The notes under the pieces: model-generated | What the model saw: the letters and a program-made list of their open reading frames with translations, nothing else | What the model was told of the DNA's origin: nothing | Database searches by the model: none | Source of the DNA: Azolla caroliniana | Taxonomy: Eukaryota > Plantae > Polypodiophyta | Length of the DNA stretch: 64,000 nucleotides | Direction of reading: 5' to 3' | NCBI GenBank assembly: GCA_043228905.1 | Contig: JBHGNT010000003.1 | Coordinates: 22,382,001 to 22,446,000 of the forward strand | Translations under genes and position numbers: made by a program | Part shown: one piece after another, positions 49,884 through 60,708 of the stretch | Numbering within the stretch: position 1 is the first letter of the stretch | Layout: each line of letters starts with the position of its first letter

Positions 49884-52800
49884 TCATTCCTCGCCCGTCG
49901 GTTCTTCCTCGTTTTCGGATCGTTCGTCACTGCCGACCAGGAGAGCCGGGTTTGGCTCGTCGTCGTGTCGCTTCTTGAATGCTTTGATCCGTTTCCCTGC
50001 AACCGGTATCGTCATTCTCGTGCCGTCGAGTTCCGCCAGGTGGTATGTCCCGTTGTCATTGGCGCTCCGTACCACGTAAGGCCCGAACCACCTTCGTGCG
50101 AACTTCCGTGTAGCTCGGTGCTGGTTGTCGAGGCTGCTATCGTAGACGAGCACCCAGTCACCTTCTTCGATTTTCTTCGGTCGGAGCCGGTGCGTTCGGT
50201 CGAACCTGGCTTTGTTCTTTCTCCTCGCCACTCGGAGCTTCTCCGCAGCCAGTTCCACGTCCTCCGGTCTCCGCTCGAGCTGTCGTATGCGCGCGGCCAA
50301 CAACTCCTCCCGGCTCATCTCGTCCCTCCAGTCGACCGTTGCCCACGAGGAGATCGTCCGTTCCATCGGCATGATCGGCTTCTGGCCGAACATGAGCTCC
50401 GTCGGCATGTACCCGGTTACCGAACTGTGCGTGGTCCGGTCCGCCCACAAAGCATAAGGTAGCAGCCGCGGCCAGTTACCGACTCGGCCTCTGCATGCCC
50501 GAACCAACGCCTTGACGATCGGTCCGTGTCCGCGCTCCACCTTTCCATTCGCCTCCGGATTGTACGCAGTGGTGAGCGAGAGCTTGACTCCCAGCCGGTC
50601 GAACAGCTCCGCGGCTTCTTCGGCGTCCAACTCCCCTCGGTCAGCCACGATCTTTCCGACGCACCCATACCGGCATATCACGTCCTCGACTAGGAACCGG
50701 CATACGGCCGCGGTTGTTTTGTTCGGAAGGGCCCGGCCTTCCACCTGGTTCGTCAGATCCTCCCGCGCTAGGACCAGGTACCGCATCTGTCCTACTCCCA
50801 TTGGCATCGTCACCAGATCTACCATCCATTTGAAGTGGATGGTCGGAGGGTACGTGGGGTGAAGCTCGTCCCGATGTCGGACTGTGGAGTGCATCTGACA
50901 GCTCTCGCAAGTTGTCACGAACCGATGCACGTCCTGGTACTGCCCCGGCCACCAATACTTCCCCTTCAGTTTCTCAAACGTAGCCCATGTTCCACGGTGT
51001 CCAGCCCAAGGGCTGTCGTGGTAGGCCGTCAGCAGCTCCTCCTGTTCTTCCTTCATCGCCACCACCCGGAGCGGAACGCCGTCCTTCTTCTTCGGGTGCT
51101 TCCATAGACAGCTATCCCGGAGAAAGAACCGGTACGCTTTCTTCCGGATCCGGTCGGCCTCGTCCTTCGTCCATGACGCATCGGGCGTCATTGTCTTCAG
51201 AAACCCACCGATCTGCAGCCACTCCCCGTCGTACTTGCTCGCGTCGAAGTCGTTAAGCGCCGGAGTGCTTGTTCCGTCTGTTGTTACATACGCAGTCTCG
51301 AAGAAGTCCACGCCGACGTCTTCGTCCTCCGAAACCATGCCGCCCTCGTCATCGAATCTCGCCCTTGAAAGCATGTCGGCCATGGCGTTGTCTTTCCCGG
51401 AAATGTGTCGTATTACCGGGTCTAGGGACTTGATATACGCTATCCACCTGAGCATTGCCAGGTCCGGCGTCGCGCATCCGGAAATCATGCCGAGAATCGG
51501 CATGCAATCCGTCTCTATGATTACCTCCGTCCCGATCAGATAGTCCTTGTCGGCCTTCACCGCCGAAACGATACCCCAGAGTTCGCGTTTAACCTGGGCG
51601 TATCCTCGCTGCCGTTCGCTGAGGACCTTCGCACCGAATCGGATCGGGAACCGATTGCCGTCCTCGTCTTCTTGGTTGACGACCCACCCGATTCCGGTCG
51701 GACTCGTGTCAACCGTTATGTACACTGGGGTGCCCTTCCTGTAGACGGCCTTTCGGAGCGCCGGTGCTGCCGAAAGAGCCTCCTTCAGCTTCCGGACCGA
51801 CTCCGTGTGCTTGTCTAGCCATTCGAATCTTCGCCCTTTCCTCAGTAATCCGTATAGCGGCTCCGCAACGTGGGCGTAATGCGGGATCCATATGTGGTAG
51901 AATGCGCATGCCCCCAGGAATCTTCGCACTTCCGTGACCGAGCTGCAGTCGGGCTTCATCGCGGAGATGGCTTCTACCTTTGCCGGAGACGGTTTCCGGC
52001 CATATGGCCCACATAAGTGTCCGACCACCATGATTTCCGACTGCCCGAAGGCTGATTTCTCCCCCGAGAAGGTGAGCCTCGCCTCCTCTAGCCTTTGCAG
52101 CACCTTCTCGCAGTCGTCGATGTGCGCCGTCACGAATCGCCGGCATCCGTCCGGCCCGATCGTCTCGTCCTTCTCTTCTACCGGGCATCCCTTGATCGGG
52201 ATGTCGTCTAGAAACGGCATGGTGATGTTCGGGATGCAGTCCCTCAGCACCTTGTTCATCGCATTCACCATGTGGGCCACCGAGTTGGTCCCTCCTTGCG
52301 GCAGCGTACACATCCGCACTAGGCCGAGGGGAGTTCGCATCGTCGTAATGTCTCTGCTCTCCACGGCTAGCTGGAACTGGTCATACCCTGAGTATAGATC
52401 ACCGACCGAGTAAATCGACCTTCCGGCGAAGGCCTCCGCGAACTCGTCTATGGTCGGTCCGATCCCCGCGTTCCGAATGGTCACTCTATTGACCGGCTGC
52501 AGGTCCTGAATGAAGCGCAATGATCCGTTTTTCTTTGGTACGGTAAACCAGCGGTTTGAATACGGGGCGCTCGACGGCTCGAGAATGCCCATATCAACTT
52601 TCTGCTTCTACAGCTCCATCAACTTCGGGATGTGAGCTCTCGGAACCGAAATTGGCTTGAGATTCCACGGTACATGCGGTACCGTGAATATCACCATCGG
52701 CTCTACGATCGTCGGGTCCACGCACCCGATTTCCTCCGGCGAGAATGCGAAGGCTTTCCCGTGCCTTCCGAGCATTCTCCGGAACCGGTCTTCCTCCGCC

Positions 52801-53366
52801 GGCAGTAGGAACCCGCCCCCACCGATCTTCAGCTCGCGGAGCGTCTCGTTGGTGAAGGTGTGTCCTATGCAGGCCCGATCTCGTAAGCTGGGGTCCGATG
52901 CAACCCCTTTAATCCGGGATTCACTGCCCTCCGGTAAGGGCGCCGCAACTGGCCTCACCTTCCGGTCCACCGTCTTGTACTTGGTGCTCACCCGGGCCGT
53001 CCGTTCCGACTCGAGCCCTCGACCGAAGTCCGCGATGACTTCGTACATTTCTTCGGAACATACCGGTATCGTCCGGTCTTCGTTAAGGTCTTCTTCGACT
53101 ACCTTCCCCAGCATTCCCAAGGTGTCGTCGAAAGAGACTGCCTCCACGGCTCCGTTGATTCCTTCGTCAGAGCCGAGAACTCCGCACGCCCGAAGTCTCC
53201 CCTCCGTCTTTGTTTTCTCTCGGCCGGTGATGCCGACCATCGTACATGCTCCGCTGTCGGAGAAGCAAAATTTCCTACCTATTGTACACGGTTTTATCGT
53301 ACAGATGTGGGGTTTTCCCGGAGCATCCGGACTGTCACGGCCCCACGCCTTGGCAGTCCTCTCTAA
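49884..53366 (-). pseudogene. Element G pol (RT-RH-IN) in the -1 frame, with one nonsense codon at 52608-52610
   Basis: Open from the slippery site except LMEL*KQKV (Leu in B and F); motifs as in B. Confidence 0.9.
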
Positions 53367-53372
53367 AAATCC
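53307..53372 (-). promoter_or_regulatory. Predicted -1 frameshift signal of G
   Basis: G-GAT-TTT at 53372-53366, 6-nt spacer, stems GGACTG/CAGTCC and GTGGGG/CCCCAC; the -1 frame runs without stops into MVGITGREK. Confidence 0.8.
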
Positions 53373-55489
53373 TCTCGGGTTTCGGAACCGAGGGAATCGC
53401 GGTTACGTTCGTGGTTCGGCCTTACCGTCAGAAACTGGACCGAATGGCGCCCGTCTTGGCTTTTGACTCTCGCGTAGGCCGAACCATTGTCCAGCACTTT
53501 GGTCTCCATTCGCGCCGCCGTGATGTACGGCTCTCCCAGAATGACCGGATGCGAAGACGTCTCCTGCACGAAGAAGTGCTGGTCAATCTCGACGTCGCCA
53601 ATCTTGACTCGCACATTCGGACAGGCCCCGTGCAGTTCCTCGGTGGCGCGCGTTGCTGCCCTTATTTTCCACCCGTGCTTGGTGTTGATCGGCCATTTGC
53701 CCTTCTTATAGAAGTCCATGGACATCAAATTGATCTCCGATCCGTGGTCCACCAAAGCTGTCACCGGTTCCTGGACATCGCCGATCTTCACCGGGGTTTC
53801 CGTGGTCGCTCGGGCCCAGTGTGGCCTCGAATAGTGGCTTTCCGCCCACTCGTCTCCCAGCGCCATGTCGTCTAGGTGCGTCGTCCGCACTTCCACCGGT
53901 CTTTCCGGTTCTGTCTCCGTCGACAGCCTCTTCCGTTTCACCAAGTCCACGATGGAGTCGTGGAACTCCTTCTTGGCGATTCCCAGCACCTCTCGTAACG
54001 ACAGCTCCACCTTGCTGTCGAGGATCCGTTCCTCCAGGACCTTCCGTAAGTCCGTGGTCCTTTCTATCTCCGTCCCCAGACGGTACCCGCCCTTCTGGGG
54101 TTTATCTTGCGTGCCGGCCCCGCCGGATTCGTCCCGTCGTGGCCCGGACCGGGTCTCGTATCGTTGTGAGGGCCCGGTCGTCCCGGGTTTCCCCACCCGC
54201 TTCTCTTCTACCAGAGCCTCGTAGTTCTGGCAAGCGGCTTCCACGAAGCCCGTCCGTTCCTCGACCGGGTCGCTCCACCCGGTCATCTCCCGTACCCGTT
54301 TCTCCGCACGGTCCGATTCCTCCCCTTTAAGCCTTGCACCGGCAAGGCCTTCCAGCATCGTCGGCCAGAATCCGGCTTTGCTTTCCCTTCGGGCCTCGCC
54401 GCCCCCGACTCGAATGCCGGCCGACGCCGAGTAGTGGACGGTTTCCGCGTGTCGGGCCGCCGCCTCTTCCATCAACCTTTTCATACCACCTTTTCCGTCG
54501 TTTCGGCTCAGGGCCCTTCGGGTGTCGCTGGCATGCACCCGTCCTTCCCACAGGTACACCACCCTGTCCCTCAGTGCCTCCGCGAAGTCGCCGCAGTCCT
54601 TCCGAATGTGGCCGACTTCATCGCACCACATGCACCTGTTTCCTGCCGCCGGCCGTCGGTCACGAGCCAGTTCGCCACTTTCCCTTCGGGCTTGCGCGAT
54701 TTGGAGGTCCTTTACCGCCCTCGTCAATTCCTCCAGCGCCGCTCCTCCGGTTGAGCCTCTGACTACGCCGGTCGAAGCCGAACCGGTTTCCAACCACTCT
54801 CGGGTCTCTTCCTTTCGCACCTGTGGCGCTGGTTCGAACTTCCTTGCTGCGACCGAGCCCGACCCGGTTACCCCGTTATCCGCCCATTCTCGCCGTTTGT
54901 CGAAACGGCCACAGACCTTCTTGACAGCCGCCCAGTCGGTAGTGAGCCCGTCTTCGGTTTCCAGCAAGAGGCCCACTTGCTCCCGATCCCGCTCGTCGAC
55001 CGACTTGACAAACAGCAAGACCCGGCTCGTGTCCAGGATGGTTCGGTCGAGCGCCGAAAGGCGCGCAAAGTTTTCCTCGAACTCCCGGAGGAGTGCCGAC
55101 GCGTTTCTTCCCTTCCCCGAGGACTCCACCCATTCCATGAACCTTCGCTTCGAAAGCCGGAGCGCGTCGTCCAGCCCGTATTTCTCTAGGAGCCGACCTT
55201 CGAACTCCTCCCAGGTACGGCTCTCCGCCCGCACCTCGAGCACCTCCGCATGGATGCTCGGCATCGCCACTCGGGGAAATCCGGCAAGACGCCTTCCTTC
55301 CGGAATGTCCCGCATCAGCATCTCTGCACCGTAGGACGCCAAATACTTCGTGGCATCCTTCCCATCGAACCGGCCGATCGTACCGACGACCGCCTCAATA
55401 GCTCTGTCGAGGGCACCGGTGCTCTCGCGCGCGTTTACAATCCGATCCACGGCCGAAGCCATGGCCTCTGCGAGATCCGACCCCCTCAT
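53363..55489 (-). CDS. Element G intact Gag-protease ORF
   Basis: MRGSDLAEAM..., FDGKDATKYL, CMWCDEVGHIRKDC, LVDHGSEINLMS, VILGEPY, ending REDF*. Confidence 0.88.
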   Translation of the reverse strand: MRGSDLAEAMASAVDRIVNARESTGALDRAIEAVVGTIGRFDGKDATKYLASYGAEMLMRDIPEGRRLAGFPRVAMPSIHAEVLEVRAESRTWEEFEGRLLEKYGLDDALRLSKRRFMEWVESSGKGRNASALLREFEENFARLSALDRTILDTSRVLLFVKSVDERDREQVGLLLETEDGLTTDWAAVKKVCGRFDKRREWADNGVTGSGSVAARKFEPAPQVRKEETREWLETGSASTGVVRGSTGGAALEELTRAVKDLQIAQARRESGELARDRRPAAGNRCMWCDEVGHIRKDCGDFAEALRDRVVYLWEGRVHASDTRRALSRNDGKGGMKRLMEEAAARHAETVHYSASAGIRVGGGEARRESKAGFWPTMLEGLAGARLKGEESDRAEKRVREMTGWSDPVEERTGFVEAACQNYEALVEEKRVGKPGTTGPSQRYETRSGPRRDESGGAGTQDKPQKGGYRLGTEIERTTDLRKVLEERILDSKVELSLREVLGIAKKEFHDSIVDLVKRKRLSTETEPERPVEVRTTHLDDMALGDEWAESHYSRPHWARATTETPVKIGDVQEPVTALVDHGSEINLMSMDFYKKGKWPINTKHGWKIRAATRATEELHGACPNVRVKIGDVEIDQHFFVQETSSHPVILGEPYITAARMETKVLDNGSAYARVKSQDGRHSVQFLTVRPNHERNRDSLGSETREDF

Positions 55490-57203
55490 CTTCTGCTCTT
55501 CTGCCGCCTCTTTCACGTCGGGTTCACCAAGATGTCGGGATATTATGCAAGTGCGTGTGGAATCGAGGCGGGACCGCGGGGGTCTCGAACCAAAGAGCAA
55601 GCGAGGGAGGGGAAAGAGAGAGAACCGGCTACGCAGGACCGGGGGTACACAGGGACACGGCCCTTCAGCACGGAGAACACGAACAGACACCGACACAGAC
55701 AGATGCGAATGGCTAAATGTGTATATTAAGAAAAACGGCTAACACGACTACAACCCTCGACGGGGCACAGGTTGGTTACGACCGAACAGGCCGGCGAACA
55801 GATGCCGATGCCTGTTCACTTCGACGCTCAAAGGGGCTGTAGCTGGTCGGAGGTGCTGCCGGAAGCACTCGGGCGTTCCTCGAAAACAGCGCGAGCCTCC
55901 TCGGAACCCTGCACGGAAAGCTATGGAGCTCAAGAAGGAAGGAAACAGAGAGCGAAGCGTCCAGAAACGGTCCGGCAGCACTTCGTCCTCTCTGCGCGAG
56001 ATATCCCTGCAACAGCTCTTTCCCGCTCCTTATATAGGCCGACGAGCAGGCCGTCCTGTCAGCTTTATTCCCTGTCCCTTTTGGACAGGGATCCGCTCCG
56101 TTTTTCACGCATCCGCGTAGTTACGCCGCCGACTCGTACAGTTCGCGCGCGCGACCGAAAAGACTGTTCGCGCGGTCTTTGTCTCCACTTGAGTTAGGGC
56201 CCGTTCCTGCCGATTATCCTCCTAATTCGCTTCTATGTACTACTTGGAGCGTGCGCGCGTGAAGAACCGGTTCCCACGCCTTGGTGCGCCGATTCCGCCT
56301 ATGGACGGTTTTCTTCACGACAACGGGCTTCATAGAAGCCGCCTGCCGGAACTACGAGGCTCTGGTAGAAGACAAACGAGTGGGGAAAGTCGGAGCGGCC
56401 GGGCCCTCACAACGGTACGAGACCCGATTCGGGCAACGACGGAACGATGCCGGCGGGTCCAGCTCACAAGATAACCCCAGGAAGGGCGGATACCGACTGG
56501 GGACGGAGATAGAAAGGACTACGGACCTACGAAAGGTCCTAGAAGAACGGATCCTCGACAGCAAAGTGGAGTTGTCATTGCGAGAGGTGTTAGGGATCGC
56601 CAAGAAGGAGTTCCACGACTCCATTGTAGACCTGGTGAAACGGAAGAGGCTGTCGATGGAGACGGAACCGGAAAGACCGGTGGAGGTGCGGACGACGCAC
56701 ATCGACGACATGGCGCTGGAAGATGAGTGGGCGGAGAGCCACTATTCAAGGCCGCACTGGGCCCGAGCAACCACGGAGACCCCGGTGAAGATCGGAGATG
56801 TTCAAGAGCCAGTGGTGGCATTGGTGGACCACGGTTCGGAAATAAACCTGATGTCAATGGACTTCTATAAGAAGGGAAAGTGGCCGATCAACACCAAGCA
56901 CGGGTGGAAGATATGGGCGGCGACGCGCGCCACCGAGGAACTGCACGGGGCCTACCCAAACGTGTGAGTCAAGATCGGCGACGTCGAGATTGACCAGCAC
57001 TTCTTCGTACAGGAGACGTCCTCGCACCCGGTCATATTAGGGGAACCATACATCACGGCGGCGCGAATGGAGACCAAGGTGTTGGACAACGGTTCGGCCT
57101 ACGCGAGGGTCAAAAGCCAGGACGGGCGCCATTCGGTTCAATTTCTGACGGTGCGGCCGAACCACGAGAGAAACCGCGAATCCCTCGGTGGCGAGAACCG
57201 GGA

Positions 57204-57269
57204 GGATTTTTAGAGAGGGTTGCCAAGGCGTGGGGCCGAGACAGCCCGGACACTCGGGAAAGACCCCAC
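57204..57269 (+). promoter_or_regulatory. Predicted -1 frameshift signal of F
   Basis: G-GAT-TTT at 57204-57210, stems GGGTTG/CAGCCC and GTGGGG/CCCCAC; a 1-nt insertion near 57342 (relative to G) breaks the join to pol. Confidence 0.75.
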
Positions 57270-57348
57270 GACTGTACGATAGAACCGAAACCGAAGGAAC
57301 CCTATACGATAAGTAGGAAATTCTGCTTCTCCAACAACGGAGGGATGC

Positions 57349-60300
57349 ATGATAGTCGGCATCGTCGGCCGAGAAAAGACAAGGGCGGAAGTGCGACTTC
57401 GAGCGTGCGGAGTTCTCGGCCCGGACGAGGAAATCAGCGGAGCCGTGGAGGCGGTCTCCTTCGACGACACCTTGGGAATGCTGGGGAAGGTAGCCGGAGA
57501 AGACCTTAATGAAGACCGGACGATACCGGTATGTTCCGAAGAGATGTACAAAGTCATCGCGAACTTCAGTCGGGGGCTCAGGTCGGATCGGACGGCCCGA
57601 GTTAGCACGAAGTACAAGACTGTGGACCGGAAGGTAAGGCCCGTCGCAGCACCCTTACCGGAGGGCAGCGAGTCCCGAATCAGAGGGGTTGCGTCGGACC
57701 CCAGTTTACGAGATCCGGCCTGCATAGGACACACCTTCACCGACGGGACGCTCCGGGGGCTCAAGATCGGTGGGGGCGGGTTCCTACTGCCTGCGGAGGA
57801 AGACCGGTTTCGGAGAATGCTCGGAAGGCACGGGAAAGCCTTCGTGTTTTCGCCGGAAGAGATCGGGTGCGTAGACCCGACGATTGTGGAGCCGATGGTG
57901 ATATTCACGGTACCACATGTGCCGTGGAATCTCAAGCCGATTCCAGTGCCGAGAGCCCACATCCCGAAGTTGATGGAGCTATTGAGGCAAAAAGTCGATA
58001 TGGGTATTCTCGAACCGTCGAGTGCCCCATACTCGAACCGATGGTTTACCGTACCAAAGAAAAATGGAACATTGCGCTTCATTCAGGACCTGCAGCCGGT
58101 CAACAGAGTGACCATTCGGAACGCAGGAATCAGACCGACCATAGACGAGTTCGCAGAGGCCTTCGCCGGAAGGTCGATTTACTCGGTCGGTGATCTGTAC
58201 TCGGGGTACGACCAGTTCCAGCTAGCCATGGAGAGCAGAGACATTACGACGATGCGAACCCCCCTCGGCCTAGTGCGAATGTGTACCCTGCCACAAGGAG
58301 GGACCAACTCAGTAGCCCACATGGTGAATGCAATGAACAAGGTACTAAGGGATTGCATCCCAGACATCACCATGCCGTTTCTAGACGACATCCCGATCAA
58401 GGGGTGCCCGGTGGAGGAGAAGGACGAGACAGTCGGGCCGGACGGATGCCGGCGATTCGTGGCGACACACATCGACGACTGCGAGAAGGTGCTACAAAGG
58501 CTAGAGGATGCGAGGCTCAGCTTCTCCGGGGAGAAATCGGCCTTCGGGCAATCGGAAATCCTGGTGGTTGGACACCTATGTGGACCTTATGGCCGGAAGC
58601 CGTCTCCGGCAAAGGTAGAAGCCATCTCCGCGATGAAGACCGATTGTAGCTCGGTTACGGAAGTTCGGAGGTTCCTGGGGGCATGCGCGTTCTACCACAT
58701 ATGGATCCCGCATTACGCCCACGTGGCGGAGCCGCTATACGGGTTGCTGAAGAAAGGGCGAAATTTCGAGTGGCGAGACGAGCACACGGAGTCGGTCCGG
58801 AAGCTGAAGGAAGCTCTTGCGGCAGCACCGGCGCTCCGGAAGGCTGTCTACAAGAAGGGTACCTCGGTATACATAACGGTGGATACGAGTCCGGCCGGGA
58901 TCGGATGGGTCGTCAACCAAGAAGACGAGGACAGCATTCGGTTCCCGATCCGATTCGGCGCGAAGGTCCTCAGTGAGCGACAGCGAGGGTACGCCCAGGT
59001 TAAACGCGAACTCTGGGGTATCGTTTCGGCAGTAAAGGCCGACAAAGACTACCTGATCGGGACAGAAGTGATTATCGAGACGGATTGCCTGCCAATTCTC
59101 GGCATGGTTTCCGGATGCGCAACACCGGACCTGGCAATGCTCAAGTGGATAGCGTACATCAAGTCCCTGGACCCGGAAATACGGCACATTTCCGGAAAGG
59201 ACAACGCCATGGCCGACATGCTTTCGAGGGCGAGGTTTGATGACGAGGGCGGCATGGTTTCGGAGGACGAAGAAGTCGGCGTGGACTTCTTCGAGGCAGC
59301 GTACGTGACGACCAAAGGGACAAGCACTCCGGCACTTAACGACTTCGACGAGAGCAAGTACGACGGCGAGTGGCTCCAGATCGGTGGATTTTTGAGGACG
59401 ATGACGCCGGATGCGTCGTGGACGAAGGACGAGGCCAACCGGATCCGGAAGAAAGCTTACCGATTCTTTCTCCGGGACGGATACTTATGGAAGCACCGGA
59501 AGAAGAGGAACGGTGTCCCGCTCCGGGTGGTGGCGATGAAGGAAGAACAGGAGGAGCTGCTGACGGGCTACCACGACAGCCCTTGGGCCGGACACCGTGG
59601 AACGTGGGCCACGTTCGAGAAGATAAAGGGGAAGTACTGGTGGTCGGGACTGTACCGGGATGTGCATCGGTTCGTGACGACTTGCGAGAGCTGTCAGATG
59701 CACTCCGTAGTCCGACATCGGGACGAGCTTCACCCTACGTACCCTCCGACCATCCACTTCAAATGGATGGTAGACCTAGTGACGATGCTGATGGGAGTAG
59801 GACAGATGCGGTATCTGGTCCTGGCTCGGGAAGATCTGACGAACCAGGTGGAAGGCCGAGCCCTTCAGAACAAAACGACCGCGGCCGTATGTCGGTTCCT
59901 GATCGAGGACGTGATATGCCGGTACGGGTGCGTCGGGAAGATCGTGGCTGATCGCGGGGAGTTGGACGCCGAAGAGGCCGAGGAGTTGTTCGACCGGCTA
60001 GGAGTCAAGCTCTCGCTTACCACTGCGTACAATCCGGAGGCGAATGGGAAGGTGGAGCGCGGACACGGACCGATCGTCAAGGCGTTAGTTCGGGCATGCG
60101 GAGGTCAAGTCAGGAACTGGCCGCGGTTGTTGCCTTACGCGTTGTGGGCGGACCGAACTACGCACAGTTCGGTAACCGGATTCATGCCGGCAGAACTCAT
60201 GTTTGGGCAGAAGCCGGTCATGTCGATGGAACGTACGATCTCCTCATGGGCAACCGTGGACTGGAGAGACGAGATGAGCCGGGAGGAACTGTTGGCGGCG

Positions 60301-60708
60301 CGTATACGACAGCTCGAGCGAAGACCGGAGGACGTGGAGCAGGCTACGGAAAGGCTTCGGGAAGCAAGGATGAGGAACAAAGCCCGGTTCGACCGAACGC
60401 ACCGGCTCCGACCGAAGAAGATCGAGGAAGGCGACTGGGTGCTAGTCTACGATAGCAGCCTTGACAACCAGCACCGAGCGACACGGAAGTTCGCAAGAAG
60501 GTGGTTCGGGCCTTACGTGGTACAAAGCGCCAACGACAACGGGACGTACCATCTGGCGGAGCTCGACGGCACGAGAATGGCGATACCGGTAGCTGGGAAG
60601 CGGATCAAAGCGTTCAAGAAGCGTCACGACGACGAGCCGGATCTGGGGCGCCTGGACCGCAACGACGAACGATCCAAAACTGAGGAAGAACCGACGGGCG
60701 GGGAATGA
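57349..60708 (+). CDS. Element F pol ORF (RT-RNaseH-integrase), uninterrupted over 1119 aa
   Basis: YSGYDQF, LPQGGTNSVAH, PFLDD, VDTS, KRELWG, HDSPWAGH/CESC, DRGE, EANGKVERGH, WFGPY. Confidence 0.9.
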   Translation: MIVGIVGREKTRAEVRLRACGVLGPDEEISGAVEAVSFDDTLGMLGKVAGEDLNEDRTIPVCSEEMYKVIANFSRGLRSDRTARVSTKYKTVDRKVRPVAAPLPEGSESRIRGVASDPSLRDPACIGHTFTDGTLRGLKIGGGGFLLPAEEDRFRRMLGRHGKAFVFSPEEIGCVDPTIVEPMVIFTVPHVPWNLKPIPVPRAHIPKLMELLRQKVDMGILEPSSAPYSNRWFTVPKKNGTLRFIQDLQPVNRVTIRNAGIRPTIDEFAEAFAGRSIYSVGDLYSGYDQFQLAMESRDITTMRTPLGLVRMCTLPQGGTNSVAHMVNAMNKVLRDCIPDITMPFLDDIPIKGCPVEEKDETVGPDGCRRFVATHIDDCEKVLQRLEDARLSFSGEKSAFGQSEILVVGHLCGPYGRKPSPAKVEAISAMKTDCSSVTEVRRFLGACAFYHIWIPHYAHVAEPLYGLLKKGRNFEWRDEHTESVRKLKEALAAAPALRKAVYKKGTSVYITVDTSPAGIGWVVNQEDEDSIRFPIRFGAKVLSERQRGYAQVKRELWGIVSAVKADKDYLIGTEVIIETDCLPILGMVSGCATPDLAMLKWIAYIKSLDPEIRHISGKDNAMADMLSRARFDDEGGMVSEDEEVGVDFFEAAYVTTKGTSTPALNDFDESKYDGEWLQIGGFLRTMTPDASWTKDEANRIRKKAYRFFLRDGYLWKHRKKRNGVPLRVVAMKEEQEELLTGYHDSPWAGHRGTWATFEKIKGKYWWSGLYRDVHRFVTTCESCQMHSVVRHRDELHPTYPPTIHFKWMVDLVTMLMGVGQMRYLVLAREDLTNQVEGRALQNKTTAAVCRFLIEDVICRYGCVGKIVADRGELDAEEAEELFDRLGVKLSLTTAYNPEANGKVERGHGPIVKALVRACGGQVRNWPRLLPYALWADRTTHSSVTGFMPAELMFGQKPVMSMERTISSWATVDWRDEMSREELLAARIRQLERRPEDVEQATERLREARMRNKARFDRTHRLRPKKIEEGDWVLVYDSSLDNQHRATRKFARRWFGPYVVQSANDNGTYHLAELDGTRMAIPVAGKRIKAFKKRHDDEPDLGRLDRNDERSKTEEEPTGGE

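Larger units (their letters stand above)
49023..56322 (-). mobile_element. Element G: full-length, very recent tRNA-Trp-primed Ty3/Gypsy inserted inverted into F gag
   Basis: 790-bp LTRs 49023-49812 and 55533-56322 (two substitutions seen); 4-bp TSD ACGG (49019-22, 56323-26); PBS 55512-55529; PPT next to 49813. Confidence 0.96.

Noticed and set aside
52608-52610. Programmed stop-codon readthrough in G pol or in C at 30803
   Set aside because: Relatives have Leu (B, F) or the canonical Arg at these positions, so they are best explained as point mutations.
55490-55696. N-terminal extension of the 777-aa ORF into the G LTR
   Set aside because: It starts at a GTG inside the LTR and crosses the PBS; B and F have no equivalent, so Gag most likely starts at ATG 55489.
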